Part shown: positions 24,981-34,299 of the stretch, piece by piece
How the letters are laid out: every line of letters begins with the position of its first letter
Position numbering within the stretch: the first letter of the stretch is position 1
Assembly: GCA_016180645.1 (NCBI GenBank)
Contig: JACPAV010000031.1
Location: forward strand, 1 to 37,435
DNA from: Nitrospirota bacterium
GTDB lineage: Bacteria > JACPQY01
DNA: 37,435 bases
Direction of reading: 5' to 3'
The notes under the pieces: generated by a model
Told to the model about the DNA's origin: nothing
Seen by the model: only the letters and a program-made list of their open reading frames with translations
The model's database searches: none
Translations under genes and position numbers: made by a program

Positions 24981-26473
24981 TACGGAATCCCCGGGATGGC
25001 CATCGGAGTCGGGCGGCAGTCGTCCACGCCGCACCGATGTTGAACGAACTCGGCGAGTTGTCCGAGGGTATTGAGACCCCAACAGTACACCATCGCGTTT
25101 TCAAGACGGGCACAGGTATGCGCGACGCCCGTGGATACCGCGATCACACCCCCGAGCCCCGACACGGTCACAACGCCCTCCCTCTCGGCCCTGGCGCCGT
25201 TTCCCAGTTGTCCGAACCCGTTCCAACCCCAGCAGGCGACCGTTCCATCCGAGAGCAGCGCACAGGTGTAGTCGCTGCCTGAAGACAGCGATCGCACTCC
25301 GGCCAGCCCTGTGACGTCGACCGGGGATCTCCCGCAGGTGTCCGCTCCCCGGCATTCCGCAGGCGTGCCCCTGCCGTTCCCCAATTGCCCGTAGGAGGAG
25401 TCTCCCCAGCATCTTACGTTTCCCTCGGAGACGACGGCGCAGGTGTGGGCCGCTCCAGCCGCAACGGAGACCGCATCCGTAAGTTCGGATACTTCGGTCG
25501 GGATCGATCGAGCTTCGGTTGTCCCGTCCCCCAGTTGACCTGTAGCGTTGAATCCCCAGCAGGAGACCCGCCCTCCGCGCCGCAGGGCGCAGGAGTGATA
25601 GGCCCCGGCGGAGATGGCCTCAGCATCCGACAGCCCCGTCACGGCAACGGGCAGGTATTGATCCTCCGTCGTACCATCGCCGAGTTGACCGGCGAAATTC
25701 GATCCCCAGCAACGCACGGTTCCCTCCGTCTTGATGGCGCACACGTGCTTTTCTCCGGCGGCGAGCGCGATGACGTCGCCGATATCGACAGGGATGGCCG
25801 TCATCTCGGAGGGGATTCGCGTGCCGCTGCCGAGTCCCTCGATCGTGGTCCCCCAGCAACGCACATTCCGATCCGCCGTGAGGGCACAGGTAAACCCATC
25901 GCCCGCCGCGAGGGCGGTGAGCGTCGAAACCCCGTCGATCTTCCTAGGACTGAAGGGATCTTTCGGCCGGTCCGGTCTCGGTTTCCAGGAGTAGTCGGCG
26001 CCCCAGCACTTGACGAATCCATCCATGTCCGCGGCGCAGGCATGGTAGGCGCCGGCGGCGAGCGCCGTCGGGATCGCCGGAGGGATGTAGACGCTGGCGA
26101 GCCGGAACGATTCGTCAAAGACGGCCAGCTCCGAAAGGTACCCCGGTTTGAGCGCGCCCACCGGGGTGGCGGTCGTGAACGCGAGCACTTTGCCGTTCCG
26201 CACTTTCTCCCTCATGACCGTAACGTACCGCGTTTTGTCCCAGTTCAGCGTCAACTGGTCGTCCACCCCCATGTCGCCGTTCAGGACATTCCGGCTTTTC
26301 CGGTAATCAAGGTCCGGGTGGAGCCGGAGTTCCCGCAAAGGAAACTGGCTCGAATTGCGGATGATGAGCTTCGGCGGTTCGAGGGGTCGGCCTTTCTCCT
26401 CGGGCTCAAATTCGACGCACGAAACGATCACGAGCGCCACAATCGCGAGAGGCAAGCACGATCTAGAAAACAT
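24980..26473 (-). CDS. Lipoprotein with shared N-terminal domain and RCC1/BLIP-II beta-propeller
   Basis: Lipobox IVS-C; about seven repeats AG..HtCA...G.V.CWG.N..GQLG. Confidence 0.9.
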   Translation of the reverse strand: MFSRSCLPLAIVALVIVSCVEFEPEEKGRPLEPPKLIIRNSSQFPLRELRLHPDLDYRKSRNVLNGDMGVDDQLTLNWDKTRYVTVMREKVRNGKVLAFTTATPVGALKPGYLSELAVFDESFRLASVYIPPAIPTALAAGAYHACAADMDGFVKCWGADYSWKPRPDRPKDPFSPRKIDGVSTLTALAAGDGFTCALTADRNVRCWGTTIEGLGSGTRIPSEMTAIPVDIGDVIALAAGEKHVCAIKTEGTVRCWGSNFAGQLGDGTTEDQYLPVAVTGLSDAEAISAGAYHSCALRRGGRVSCWGFNATGQLGDGTTEARSIPTEVSELTDAVSVAAGAAHTCAVVSEGNVRCWGDSSYGQLGNGRGTPAECRGADTCGRSPVDVTGLAGVRSLSSGSDYTCALLSDGTVACWGWNGFGQLGNGARAEREGVVTVSGLGGVIAVSTGVAHTCARLENAMVYCWGLNTLGQLAEFVQHRCGVDDCRPTPMAIPGIP

Positions 26474-27401
26474 ACGAGACGGAGACCGTGACTTCCGCCG
26501 TGTCGAGCGCGGCCCCGCGCACAAATTCCCGCGGACGCTCGTTGATTTCCTTTTGGGGGTCGTAGGCAATCGCGCCCCGAAACTCGACCGGGTTGGGATA
26601 GTCGAACTGGGGATAGGTCTTCAACTCCCCCGTGGCGCTCAGTGCGAAATGCGCCTTGGGGAAAGTGAACCCCACGCGGCCGGCGCCGACGAACGAACCC
26701 AACGCCTTCAGCCCCGCACCGCGCTCCACGCGATCGCCGAGCCTCACGATGGCGTGTCGCGCCTCGACGAGATTCGCGCCGGCTTCCACCGTCGCATACA
26801 TCTCGATCCAACTGCTCCCGGCCACGAAATCGAACCCCGCCCTCTGGCCGATGCCGAGCGACCGGAGGTAGAGGCGGTAAGTATTGGGGTCCGTGATGTC
26901 GACGGTTTCACCCGTCTCCGGATCGGTCACAATCGCCGGGATCTCCTCCGCACTGGGCAGATCGATGGGAGGCACGGCTTCGCGGAAATCCGCGATCTCG
27001 ATCGTCTGGGCCAGAAAATCCGCCGTGGGGTAGATGAAAAATCCGCTGGAGCGCGGCGCGGAGAACAGCGACACCCGATATCCATCCGTTCGGGCATCGC
27101 CGCTGGCCACGTCTCGGGTACCGCCCTCCTCCGATCGAACCGACGAGGAGACCTGCGCCCAGCCCTGGAACACCGTGACTTTCAGTCCTCCCAGCGCGCC
27201 GAGGTATTTTCCCCACAGCGAACGCGGCGCGGTCTCCTTCCGGGGAGTCCAGAGGACTTGGAAGCCTTGCCCTGTCGGCGTGATGTCTGGTTTGGCTTCC
27301 GTTTCGGCCTCGGCTCGCTCCGCGGGGGTGGCATCCGAAAGGTCTGAGAAAGCCAGGAAGCAGACGAGAAAGAAGGCGAACAGGCGAAATAAACCCCGCA
27401 T
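26463..27401 (-). CDS. Exported putative outer-membrane beta-barrel protein (paralog A)
   Basis: Signal MRGLFRLFAFFLVCFLAFSDLSDA; amphipathic strands; ends VTVSVSYVF. Confidence 0.7.
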   Translation of the reverse strand: MRGLFRLFAFFLVCFLAFSDLSDATPAERAEAETEAKPDITPTGQGFQVLWTPRKETAPRSLWGKYLGALGGLKVTVFQGWAQVSSSVRSEEGGTRDVASGDARTDGYRVSLFSAPRSSGFFIYPTADFLAQTIEIADFREAVPPIDLPSAEEIPAIVTDPETGETVDITDPNTYRLYLRSLGIGQRAGFDFVAGSSWIEMYATVEAGANLVEARHAIVRLGDRVERGAGLKALGSFVGAGRVGFTFPKAHFALSATGELKTYPQFDYPNPVEFRGAIAYDPQKEINERPREFVRGAALDTAEVTVSVSYVF

Positions 27402-27475
27402 CCGTGGAAGATTATCGCATCGCGCATCAAGGGGCAACAGACCCGATGCGGAACCAGAGATTCCCCAACTTCCTT

Positions 27476-27539
27476 GAGATGCTGAAACAAGTCCAGCATG
27501 ACATCCCGTTTTGTCACCCTGAACTTGGTTCAGGGTCTC
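27476..27539. repeat. Inverted doublet of GTCA-type palindromic repeat
   Basis: GAGATGCTGAAACAAGTCCAGCATGACA ... TGTCACCCTGAACTTGGTTCAGGGTCTC. Confidence 0.8.
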
Positions 27540-27644
27540 AAAATGCCTTGCGTCCGTGTTCAGGTACTAGGATAGGCTCTTATTCACCGTACACCTCTCA
27601 CCACCTTATCGGAGCATCGGGACCCATGAACTCGGTTCCCAAGG

Positions 27645-28178
27645 TTACTCCGTATAGAACACCACTACCTTGCAGGGCTTGTTCGCGGCGTTCGCACCCA
27701 TCATGTCGATAAAAATAGCGGATTCATCGACCTTTCCCACAACCGTCATTTGCCGACCAGAGCTTATGTCAAGGTACGAAATAAAGTCGAATAGAATTTT
27801 CTGGTAGTCCAAACCGTGTGTCACCCTGAGATTACCGCTGCCATCGACGGTGCCCGACAGTAATTTCCACCTGATACCGCCATTTTGCGTCGAGATGGCG
27901 CCCCCAACATCCATAGCCGCCGACGGACTGGACGTTCCTATCCCCACGTTGCCATCGGTGTAGACGGCATTCGCGCCGCTCTTGGTCCAATTCGGGAGGC
28001 CCTCGATGGCCTTCTTGAGATTTCCGATTGATGTATTCAGGTCGTCCGCGACAAGGGCTTCGCCGGTCGTCCAAGTCTTGACCGTTCCGACCGTCACGGC
28101 CAGGGCAACGGTTCCGATCACGCCCACCGCGATCCCCGCGCCGAGCAGCAGACCTTTCACGAACACTTGAATTCTCAT
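27645..28178 (-). CDS. Exported fibre/adhesin-like protein
   Basis: AGGAGGT RBS; hydrophobic N-terminus; WTTGEALVADDLN helix; GNVGIGTSSP fibre repeat. Confidence 0.7.
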   Translation of the reverse strand: MRIQVFVKGLLLGAGIAVGVIGTVALAVTVGTVKTWTTGEALVADDLNTSIGNLKKAIEGLPNWTKSGANAVYTDGNVGIGTSSPSAAMDVGGAISTQNGGIRWKLLSGTVDGSGNLRVTHGLDYQKILFDFISYLDISSGRQMTVVGKVDESAIFIDMMGANAANKPCKVVVFYTE

Positions 28179-28198
28179 CGGACACCTCCTCGATTTCC

Positions 28199-29040
28199 TC
28201 ATCCCAGAATGCACGAGCCAATCTTCGACGACCCCACAATGCACGTGGATTTTGCGTCCGGTTCGGACGGATGCGCGGGGACATCCGGCGCGGAAGGGTT
28301 GTCTGATAATTCCGCCATCGGAGTCGCCGACACCTCGCCCGACTTGTCGCTCTCGCTCCGGGAATTGAGAGCTGAAACCGCAAAGAAGTACACCTGACCG
28401 TTGCTGAGTCCGGTCAGCGTCGCGTTCAACGAACCCGCTATGCTCACCGGTGAGGCGCCCTCCTTTGCTCCCTTGCCAATGTAGGGTCCTCCCGTTTTCG
28501 CGCCATAGTAGACTCGGTATTCAGCCGCACCCGCCGACGCCTCCCATGATAGAGCCACGGAGGCGTTTCCCGTTCGCGCCTGAAGGTTCTTGGGCGGCTC
28601 AGGCGCCGCCGTGATCGCCTCAAGCGCAACGCTGATTTCCGGAGAGGCCGGCCCTTCCCCATCGGGCGCGGTCGCCGAAACCTCGAAAAAGTACGTGAGG
28701 TTCGGTTCCAAGCCTTCGATCAGAATCTCGACACGTTTCCAACGTCGGCCGGTGAATTTCCGATCGAAAGCCCCTTGCCCCTTCGCGCGGCGCTTTTCAT
28801 GTCGTAGTAGAACATGTACCCGCGCGCCCCCGCTACAAGGTCCCACGAAAGCGTCACGTTGTTCTCGCCGATGACGGATTGGATGTTCTGCGGCGCGGGC
28901 AACCCCTCGACAAGCCTTTTCTCGGCTTCCGCGGAGCAAGCGGCGAATGTCAGCGCGAATAGGAGGAGGAGGAATCTAGGGTATGACTGTGAGTGAGTGA
29001 GTGAGTGCAAGAAGCGAACCACCAGACTATTGGTGCGCAC
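28199..29040 (-). pseudogene. Lipoprotein with two FN3 domains and a 1-bp frameshift
   Basis: Lipobox FAA-C and FN3 start in ORF 28720-29040; continues LIEGLEPNLTYFFEVSA in ORF 28199-28939; one extra base at TTC-TGA (~28722) restores the frame. Confidence 0.8.
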
Positions 29041-29248
29041 GGGAGTCCCGTTTGTGATCTTTCAACTCCTGATCCATATCGGCAATGAACTCGATGACGT
29101 CCTTGACTTTTTCCTTGAGTCCGCGGATATCCCGGCCAAAAGTCTTCTTCATCTCCAAGAGCTGCCGACAGAAATTCCGCTCCATCAGGTCAAACCTGTC
29201 CAACATTTCCGCCCGGAGTTTCCGCAAGGTGGGTTTCCCGTTCCTCAT
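29027..29248 (-). CDS. Small coiled-coil hypothetical protein
   Basis: 73-aa heptad-rich ORF with extended -10 six nt upstream. Confidence 0.6.
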   Translation of the reverse strand: MRNGKPTLRKLRAEMLDRFDLMERNFCRQLLEMKKTFGRDIRGLKEKVKDVIEFIADMDQELKDHKRDSRAHQ

Positions 29249-29430
29249 GCGAGGAAGCTACCACCTCAGTATGGGGCGGTCAAACATCCGGACGACTCTC
29301 TCGGTTGACCTCCCCGGCGCAATGGATTACGGTTCCGCCGTGTCGCGTGGTCAAATCCCGAAAGGTCTCATCGGCTGGTCCGTATGGAGGGCAGGAGCCC
29401 GACATCATTGGGATTGCACGGAGCGTCAGG

Positions 29431-31227
29431 ATGATGATCGTGAAATCGAACGTTGTAGGATATGCAAGTGAACTTTTCCGCATGCTGGCTGTCATGAGCG
29501 CGCTTCTGGCGAATCGTCCCGTCGCCGCTTCCGCCGAGGAGGAGATCCACCGCGATCCCGTCCTCCGCGCGATGCAGGCCGAACTCAAGAGGTCCATGAA
29601 AGGCCTCGGCGGCGGCAAAGGGCGGCCGAAGCCCTACTTCCTCAGCATTTGGATCCAGCAGGCCGAGGAGCGCTACGTCGAAACGGTCAGCGGCGCGGTG
29701 GTGCAGGAACATCCCGAAGACCACCCACGCCGATACGCCTCGGTGGAAGTCCGGCTCGGCTCGTATGATCTCGACAGCTCCAATCTCATCTGGGACAAGG
29801 AAGAGCACGAGAGCCTGGAGGACGACTTCGGGCCGGACGGATGGAAAGTGACCCGCGTTCCGGTGGAGGACGATCCCAAGTCGATCCGCGGCGCCCTCTG
29901 GCTGCTCGCCGACATTTCGTACAAGCGGGCGCTCAGGGATTATCAGCGCAAGACGGCGGAAGACGCCACGCTCGTCCGCGAGGCGGACCTGAAGGATTTT
30001 ACGAGGGAACAGCCCGTGGTGGCGGTCCAGCCCATCAAGCCGCTTCAGATCGATCTCGATGCCTGGCGGGATCTCGGCCGCAAAGCGACGTCCATGCTGG
30101 CGAAAGAACCGCTCCTCTACTCACCCACCTGCTGGGTACAGGGCAACCGCGTGATCGACTACTTCGTCAATTCGGAGGGAACCATCATCCGGACGTCCTC
30201 CGTCACCTACACCCTCTCCCTCACCGCCTACGCGCGAGCAGAAGATGGGGAAGCGCTGGACAGTTTCCGCTTCTACTACACGGCCAACGCCCAGGAGCTT
30301 CCGCGCGAGGCGGATTTCCTACGCGAGGCCAAGAACCTCGCCAAGGAGTTGCTCGCCCTGCGAAAGGCCGCGAAGCTCCCCCCGTTCACCGGTCCGGCCA
30401 TCCTCGCGCCCGACGTGGCCGGCGTGCTGTTCCACGAAGCGCTAGGCCACCGGCTCGAGGGCGAGCGCCAGCGCGATCCCCGCTCGGGCCAAACCTTCAA
30501 AGGCAAAGTCGGGCAGAAGATCCTCCCGGACTGGTTGAGCGTGGCCGATGATCCCTCGCTCTCCGAAGCCGGCGGCCACTCTCTTGTGGGTCATTTCGAT
30601 TTTGATAATCAAGGCGTGCCCGGCCGCCGGACGGTTCTTGTGGACCGGGGCGTGCTCAAGAACTATCTCCTCTCCCGCACTCCGTTGCCCGGCTCTCAGC
30701 TCTCGAACGGCCACGGTCGCGCGGAAAGCCCGTACCAAATCTCCATGTACGTCCCCTCCGGACCCCGGGCGCGCATGGCCGTGCTCCAGGTGACGTCGAA
30801 CAAATCGTTGACGGCGGAGGAAATGAAGCAAACCCTCATCCAGGAGGCCAAACGCCAGAAGAAACCCTTCGGCTTGATTCTCAAGAAAGCGCAGGGTGGC
30901 GATACGGACACTTATGGCGGCAATTACCAGGCGTTCCGCACGTCACCGGGCTTGGTTTACAAAATCGACGTGGACTCGGGGAAAGAGACTCTCGTGCGCG
31001 GCGTGGAAATCGTTGGGACGCCGCTGGTCACGCTGGAGAGAATCCTCGCCGTCGGCGACGAACCGGAGTCGGAGCGGGTGTGGAACGCATCCTGCGGCGC
31101 CGAAACCGGCTGGGTGCCTGTTTCCACAATCTCTCCGTCGATCCTGACCGGCCTTGTGGAGCTCCAGCGCATCACCTTGAAACCTGAACGGCCACCGCAT
31201 CTGCCGTCACCCTTCTCGGAAGAGTAG
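29431..31227 (+). CDS. TldD/PmbA-family metalloprotease with predicted signal peptide
   Basis: GVLFHEALGHRLE, DDP, FDNQGV, SNGHGR, CGAETGWVPVS; start could also be 29482. Confidence 0.9.
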   Translation: MMIVKSNVVGYASELFRMLAVMSALLANRPVAASAEEEIHRDPVLRAMQAELKRSMKGLGGGKGRPKPYFLSIWIQQAEERYVETVSGAVVQEHPEDHPRRYASVEVRLGSYDLDSSNLIWDKEEHESLEDDFGPDGWKVTRVPVEDDPKSIRGALWLLADISYKRALRDYQRKTAEDATLVREADLKDFTREQPVVAVQPIKPLQIDLDAWRDLGRKATSMLAKEPLLYSPTCWVQGNRVIDYFVNSEGTIIRTSSVTYTLSLTAYARAEDGEALDSFRFYYTANAQELPREADFLREAKNLAKELLALRKAAKLPPFTGPAILAPDVAGVLFHEALGHRLEGERQRDPRSGQTFKGKVGQKILPDWLSVADDPSLSEAGGHSLVGHFDFDNQGVPGRRTVLVDRGVLKNYLLSRTPLPGSQLSNGHGRAESPYQISMYVPSGPRARMAVLQVTSNKSLTAEEMKQTLIQEAKRQKKPFGLILKKAQGGDTDTYGGNYQAFRTSPGLVYKIDVDSGKETLVRGVEIVGTPLVTLERILAVGDEPESERVWNASCGAETGWVPVSTISPSILTGLVELQRITLKPERPPHLPSPFSEE

Positions 31228-31279
31228 CCCGTCCAGGCCTTCCCCTCCAGGAAAGACCTACCCTTTTCCCAGCCGATCG

Positions 31280-32581
31280 CTACGCCGCCGTCGGGAGCGC
31301 CCGTCCCTCGTTGCTGCGCTGCGCCCTCCACCAATGGGTATAGTTCATGCCGAGGTAGTACAGCGGGTGGGCTCGATTGGCCCAGAAACGTTTGAAGATG
31401 GAGGCCCACGAGTAGAACCGTTTCCGGAATCGGATGTAATTCTCTTCCATCTCTTCCTTGGACATGCGAGGATGCCGCCACACCAGCCTCGCCCCGCTGT
31501 AGTTCCTCCAGTTGTGATCGAATACGGTCGCCTCTCTTTTCGTCTTCTCGTAGACCTCCGTTCCCGGAAACGGCGTCAGGATCCCGGTGTTCACCATCGC
31601 CAGCTTGTTCCGCATGGCGAAATCGAGGACGTCATCGAAGGTCGAAGGCGTATCCCGTTCAAACCCGAAAATGAAAGCGCCGATCACGGTGATCCCGGCC
31701 CGGTGCATCTTGCGGATGTTCTCCTCGTAGTTCTTCACTTTGTTGAAGGCCTTGTGGGACGAGTTCAGCGTTTCCTGATCGATGGACTCGATGCCGACGA
31801 AGAGGCCGATGCACCCGGATTTCGCCGCGAGGTGAAGGAGCTTCTCGTCCCGGCAGATCAGTTCGAGCGAACCCTGGCTCCCCCACTTGATGCCGAGCGG
31901 AATCAGGGCCTCGCAAAGTTCGTAGGCGTATTTCTTCGAGAAGAAGATGTTGTCGTCCACGAAAAAGAAATTCCGCGCGGGAAACCGGCGGATCTCCTCC
32001 ACCACATGCTCCACCGGCCGGGTTCGAAACGTCTTGCCGTACATGAGCGTCACCGTGCAGAAATTGCATCCGAGCGGACAGCCCCGGCCCGCCTGAAGCA
32101 CCTGCGCGCCAAAGGTGGTCTTGGCGTCGTAGAAGAGATCTTTCCGCGGCATCGGAAGATCTTTGAGGTCGATGAGCTGCTCGGTCTGGTACACGGGCTT
32201 GAGTTTGTCCGCCTTCAAATCTTCCATGATCTCGGACCAGATCATCTCCACTTCGTTGACCACCACGGAATCGAAATGCCGTCCGCATTCCTCGGTCATG
32301 AACGAGGCGTGGCTGCCCCCGCAGATGGTGCGGACCCCCTTCCGCCGGTAGTGATCCGCCAGCCAGTAGCCGCGCGGCGCCTGGCACGACATCATGGTGA
32401 TACCGACAAAATCGGCTTTCTCTTCGAGATCGAGCGCTTCAAACTCCTCTTCGATGATCCGGATGTCGTCGAAATACGGCGTGGCAAGGGCGGCGATCAC
32501 CGCAAGATTGAGGTGATGAACGTGTTTGCCTTTGACGCCCTGGACTTCCAATCCGGCGGGCGCGATGAGGAGAAGCTTCAT
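31280..32581 (-). CDS. B12-binding domain radical SAM protein
   Basis: ICGGSHAS, GRGCPLGCNFC, FFVDDN, VGIES, TPFPGT. Confidence 0.95.
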   Translation of the reverse strand: MKLLLIAPAGLEVQGVKGKHVHHLNLAVIAALATPYFDDIRIIEEEFEALDLEEKADFVGITMMSCQAPRGYWLADHYRRKGVRTICGGSHASFMTEECGRHFDSVVVNEVEMIWSEIMEDLKADKLKPVYQTEQLIDLKDLPMPRKDLFYDAKTTFGAQVLQAGRGCPLGCNFCTVTLMYGKTFRTRPVEHVVEEIRRFPARNFFFVDDNIFFSKKYAYELCEALIPLGIKWGSQGSLELICRDEKLLHLAAKSGCIGLFVGIESIDQETLNSSHKAFNKVKNYEENIRKMHRAGITVIGAFIFGFERDTPSTFDDVLDFAMRNKLAMVNTGILTPFPGTEVYEKTKREATVFDHNWRNYSGARLVWRHPRMSKEEMEENYIRFRKRFYSWASIFKRFWANRAHPLYYLGMNYTHWWRAQRSNEGRALPTAA

Positions 32582-32620
32582 CCGGGAGACACTCTACACG
32601 ACGGAGGACAATGCGCAATC

Positions 32621-32704
32621 GAGATTGCTTCGCTACGCTCGCAATGACGCAGGGTGGGTGTCATTGCGAAGGACGGGCATCGGTGCCCGGACTGAAGCCA
32701 TCTC
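32621..32704. repeat. Inverted doublet of GTCATTGCGA-type palindromic repeat with a nested mini-hairpin
   Basis: GAGATTGCTTCGCTACGCTCGCAATGAC ... GTCATTGCGAAGGAC[GGGCATCGGTGCCC]GGACTGAAGCCATCTC. Confidence 0.8.
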
Positions 32705-32724
32705 AACCAGGATTCCAGCCGCGC

Positions 32725-34158
32725 CTACAAATTGAAGACGACCATCTTGAGGGTCGTCATCTCTTCGACGGCGAAGCGCGGTCCCTCGCGACCGAGCCCG
32801 CTCTCCTTGACGCCACCGTAGGGTTGGTGGTCCACGCGGACCGTCGGAATATCGTTGATGATCACGCCGCCGACGTCGAGTTCCTGGACCGCCCGCATGG
32901 CCTTCCCGAGATCGCGCGTGAACACCCCTGCCTGCAGTCCGTAAATCGAGTCGTTGACCATTCTCAGAGCCTCGTCGAAGGTATCGAAGGGGGCCATCGC
33001 CACCACCGGCGCGAAAATCTCCGAGGCCATCACTTTCATTTCATTCCGCGCGTCCGCCAGCACCGTGGGCGTCAGCATTGCCCCTTCGCACCGCCCGCCC
33101 GTGAGAACCCGCGCGCCCTTCGCCACGGCTTCTTCGATCCATCCGTGCGCCCGCTTCGCCTCGCTCTCGCTGATCATCGGCCCCACGTCCGTGTTCGCAT
33201 CGAGTGGATTGCCCATCCGCAAAGTTTCAACGGATCGCGTCATGACGTCCTGGACTCCCTGATACAGCTTCCGATGGACGAAAATCCGCTGTACCGAAAT
33301 GCACGATTGGCCCGCCTGCGCGAATCCGCCTAGCACGCAGCGGGGGAGCGCCTTTTCGACATCGGCGTCCTCATCGATCACGACCGCGCTGTTCGACCCC
33401 AGTTCCATCGTCACTTTCTTCAGTCCCGCGCGGGCGACGATGTGCCTCCCCACCGCTGGACTTCCGGTGAACGAGATCTTCGCGATCTTGGGATGCGACA
33501 CAATCCAGTCCCCAACCGTCGCCCCCCCCCCGAAGACGATGTTCAACGCGCCGGGCGGGAGCCCGGCTTCAAGAAAGATCTCACCCAATTTGACCGACGT
33601 GATGGGCGTCTGCGACGCCGGCTTGAGCACCACGCTGCACCCCGCCGCAATGGCCGGCGCAATCTTGTGGGCCACAAGATTCAGAGGGAAATTAAACGGG
33701 GTGATCGCCCCCACGATTCCGACGGGAACACGGAGCCAGAACCCGAACCGTCCCTCGCCCGCCTTGTGCGCGTCCATCGGGAGCGTTTCCCCATGGATTC
33801 GAAGCGCCTCCTGCGCCGAAAACCTGAAGGTCTGCACGGCGCGGCCGACTTCCCCCCGCGCATCCTTGACGGGCTTCCCGGACTCCAGAGTGATCGTCCG
33901 CGCGAGGTCGTCGGCGCGCTCTTCAATCAGCCCTGACGCCTTCTCCAGAATTTCCGAGCGGCGATGCGCAGGCATCCGCGAGAGGATGCGAAAACCCGCC
34001 TCCGCCGCGCGAACGGCCTCTTCCACCTCGTCCTGACCCGCCTCGGGAACCGAGCCCACCACGCTCCCGTCGAACGGATTGCGAACCTGAATACGACGCC
34101 CCCCTCGCGAATCCTCTCGCCATTTCCCTCCAATGAGCATCCCGTGATTTTCCGCCAT
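32725..34158 (-). CDS. NAD(P)-dependent aldehyde dehydrogenase
   Basis: ITPFNFP, FTGS, MELGSN, GQSCIS, EIFAP, PYGGVKESGLGREG. Confidence 0.96.
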   Translation of the reverse strand: MAENHGMLIGGKWREDSRGGRRIQVRNPFDGSVVGSVPEAGQDEVEEAVRAAEAGFRILSRMPAHRRSEILEKASGLIEERADDLARTITLESGKPVKDARGEVGRAVQTFRFSAQEALRIHGETLPMDAHKAGEGRFGFWLRVPVGIVGAITPFNFPLNLVAHKIAPAIAAGCSVVLKPASQTPITSVKLGEIFLEAGLPPGALNIVFGGGATVGDWIVSHPKIAKISFTGSPAVGRHIVARAGLKKVTMELGSNSAVVIDEDADVEKALPRCVLGGFAQAGQSCISVQRIFVHRKLYQGVQDVMTRSVETLRMGNPLDANTDVGPMISESEAKRAHGWIEEAVAKGARVLTGGRCEGAMLTPTVLADARNEMKVMASEIFAPVVAMAPFDTFDEALRMVNDSIYGLQAGVFTRDLGKAMRAVQELDVGGVIINDIPTVRVDHQPYGGVKESGLGREGPRFAVEEMTTLKMVVFNL

Positions 34159-34299
34159 GAATCCCCCGCCATTACCACACGAAGCCTTCCGGGGACAATG
34201 GCCTTGACAATCCGGCGATGTTGGCGGAAATTCAGCCTTACGGTAGGACGCAAAAAGGATACGGGATACCAAGGGTTGGGCCCTTGATGGATTGTCGGC

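Noticed and set aside
27645-28178. Prophage tail gene
   Set aside because: Has an export signal and no other phage genes are nearby
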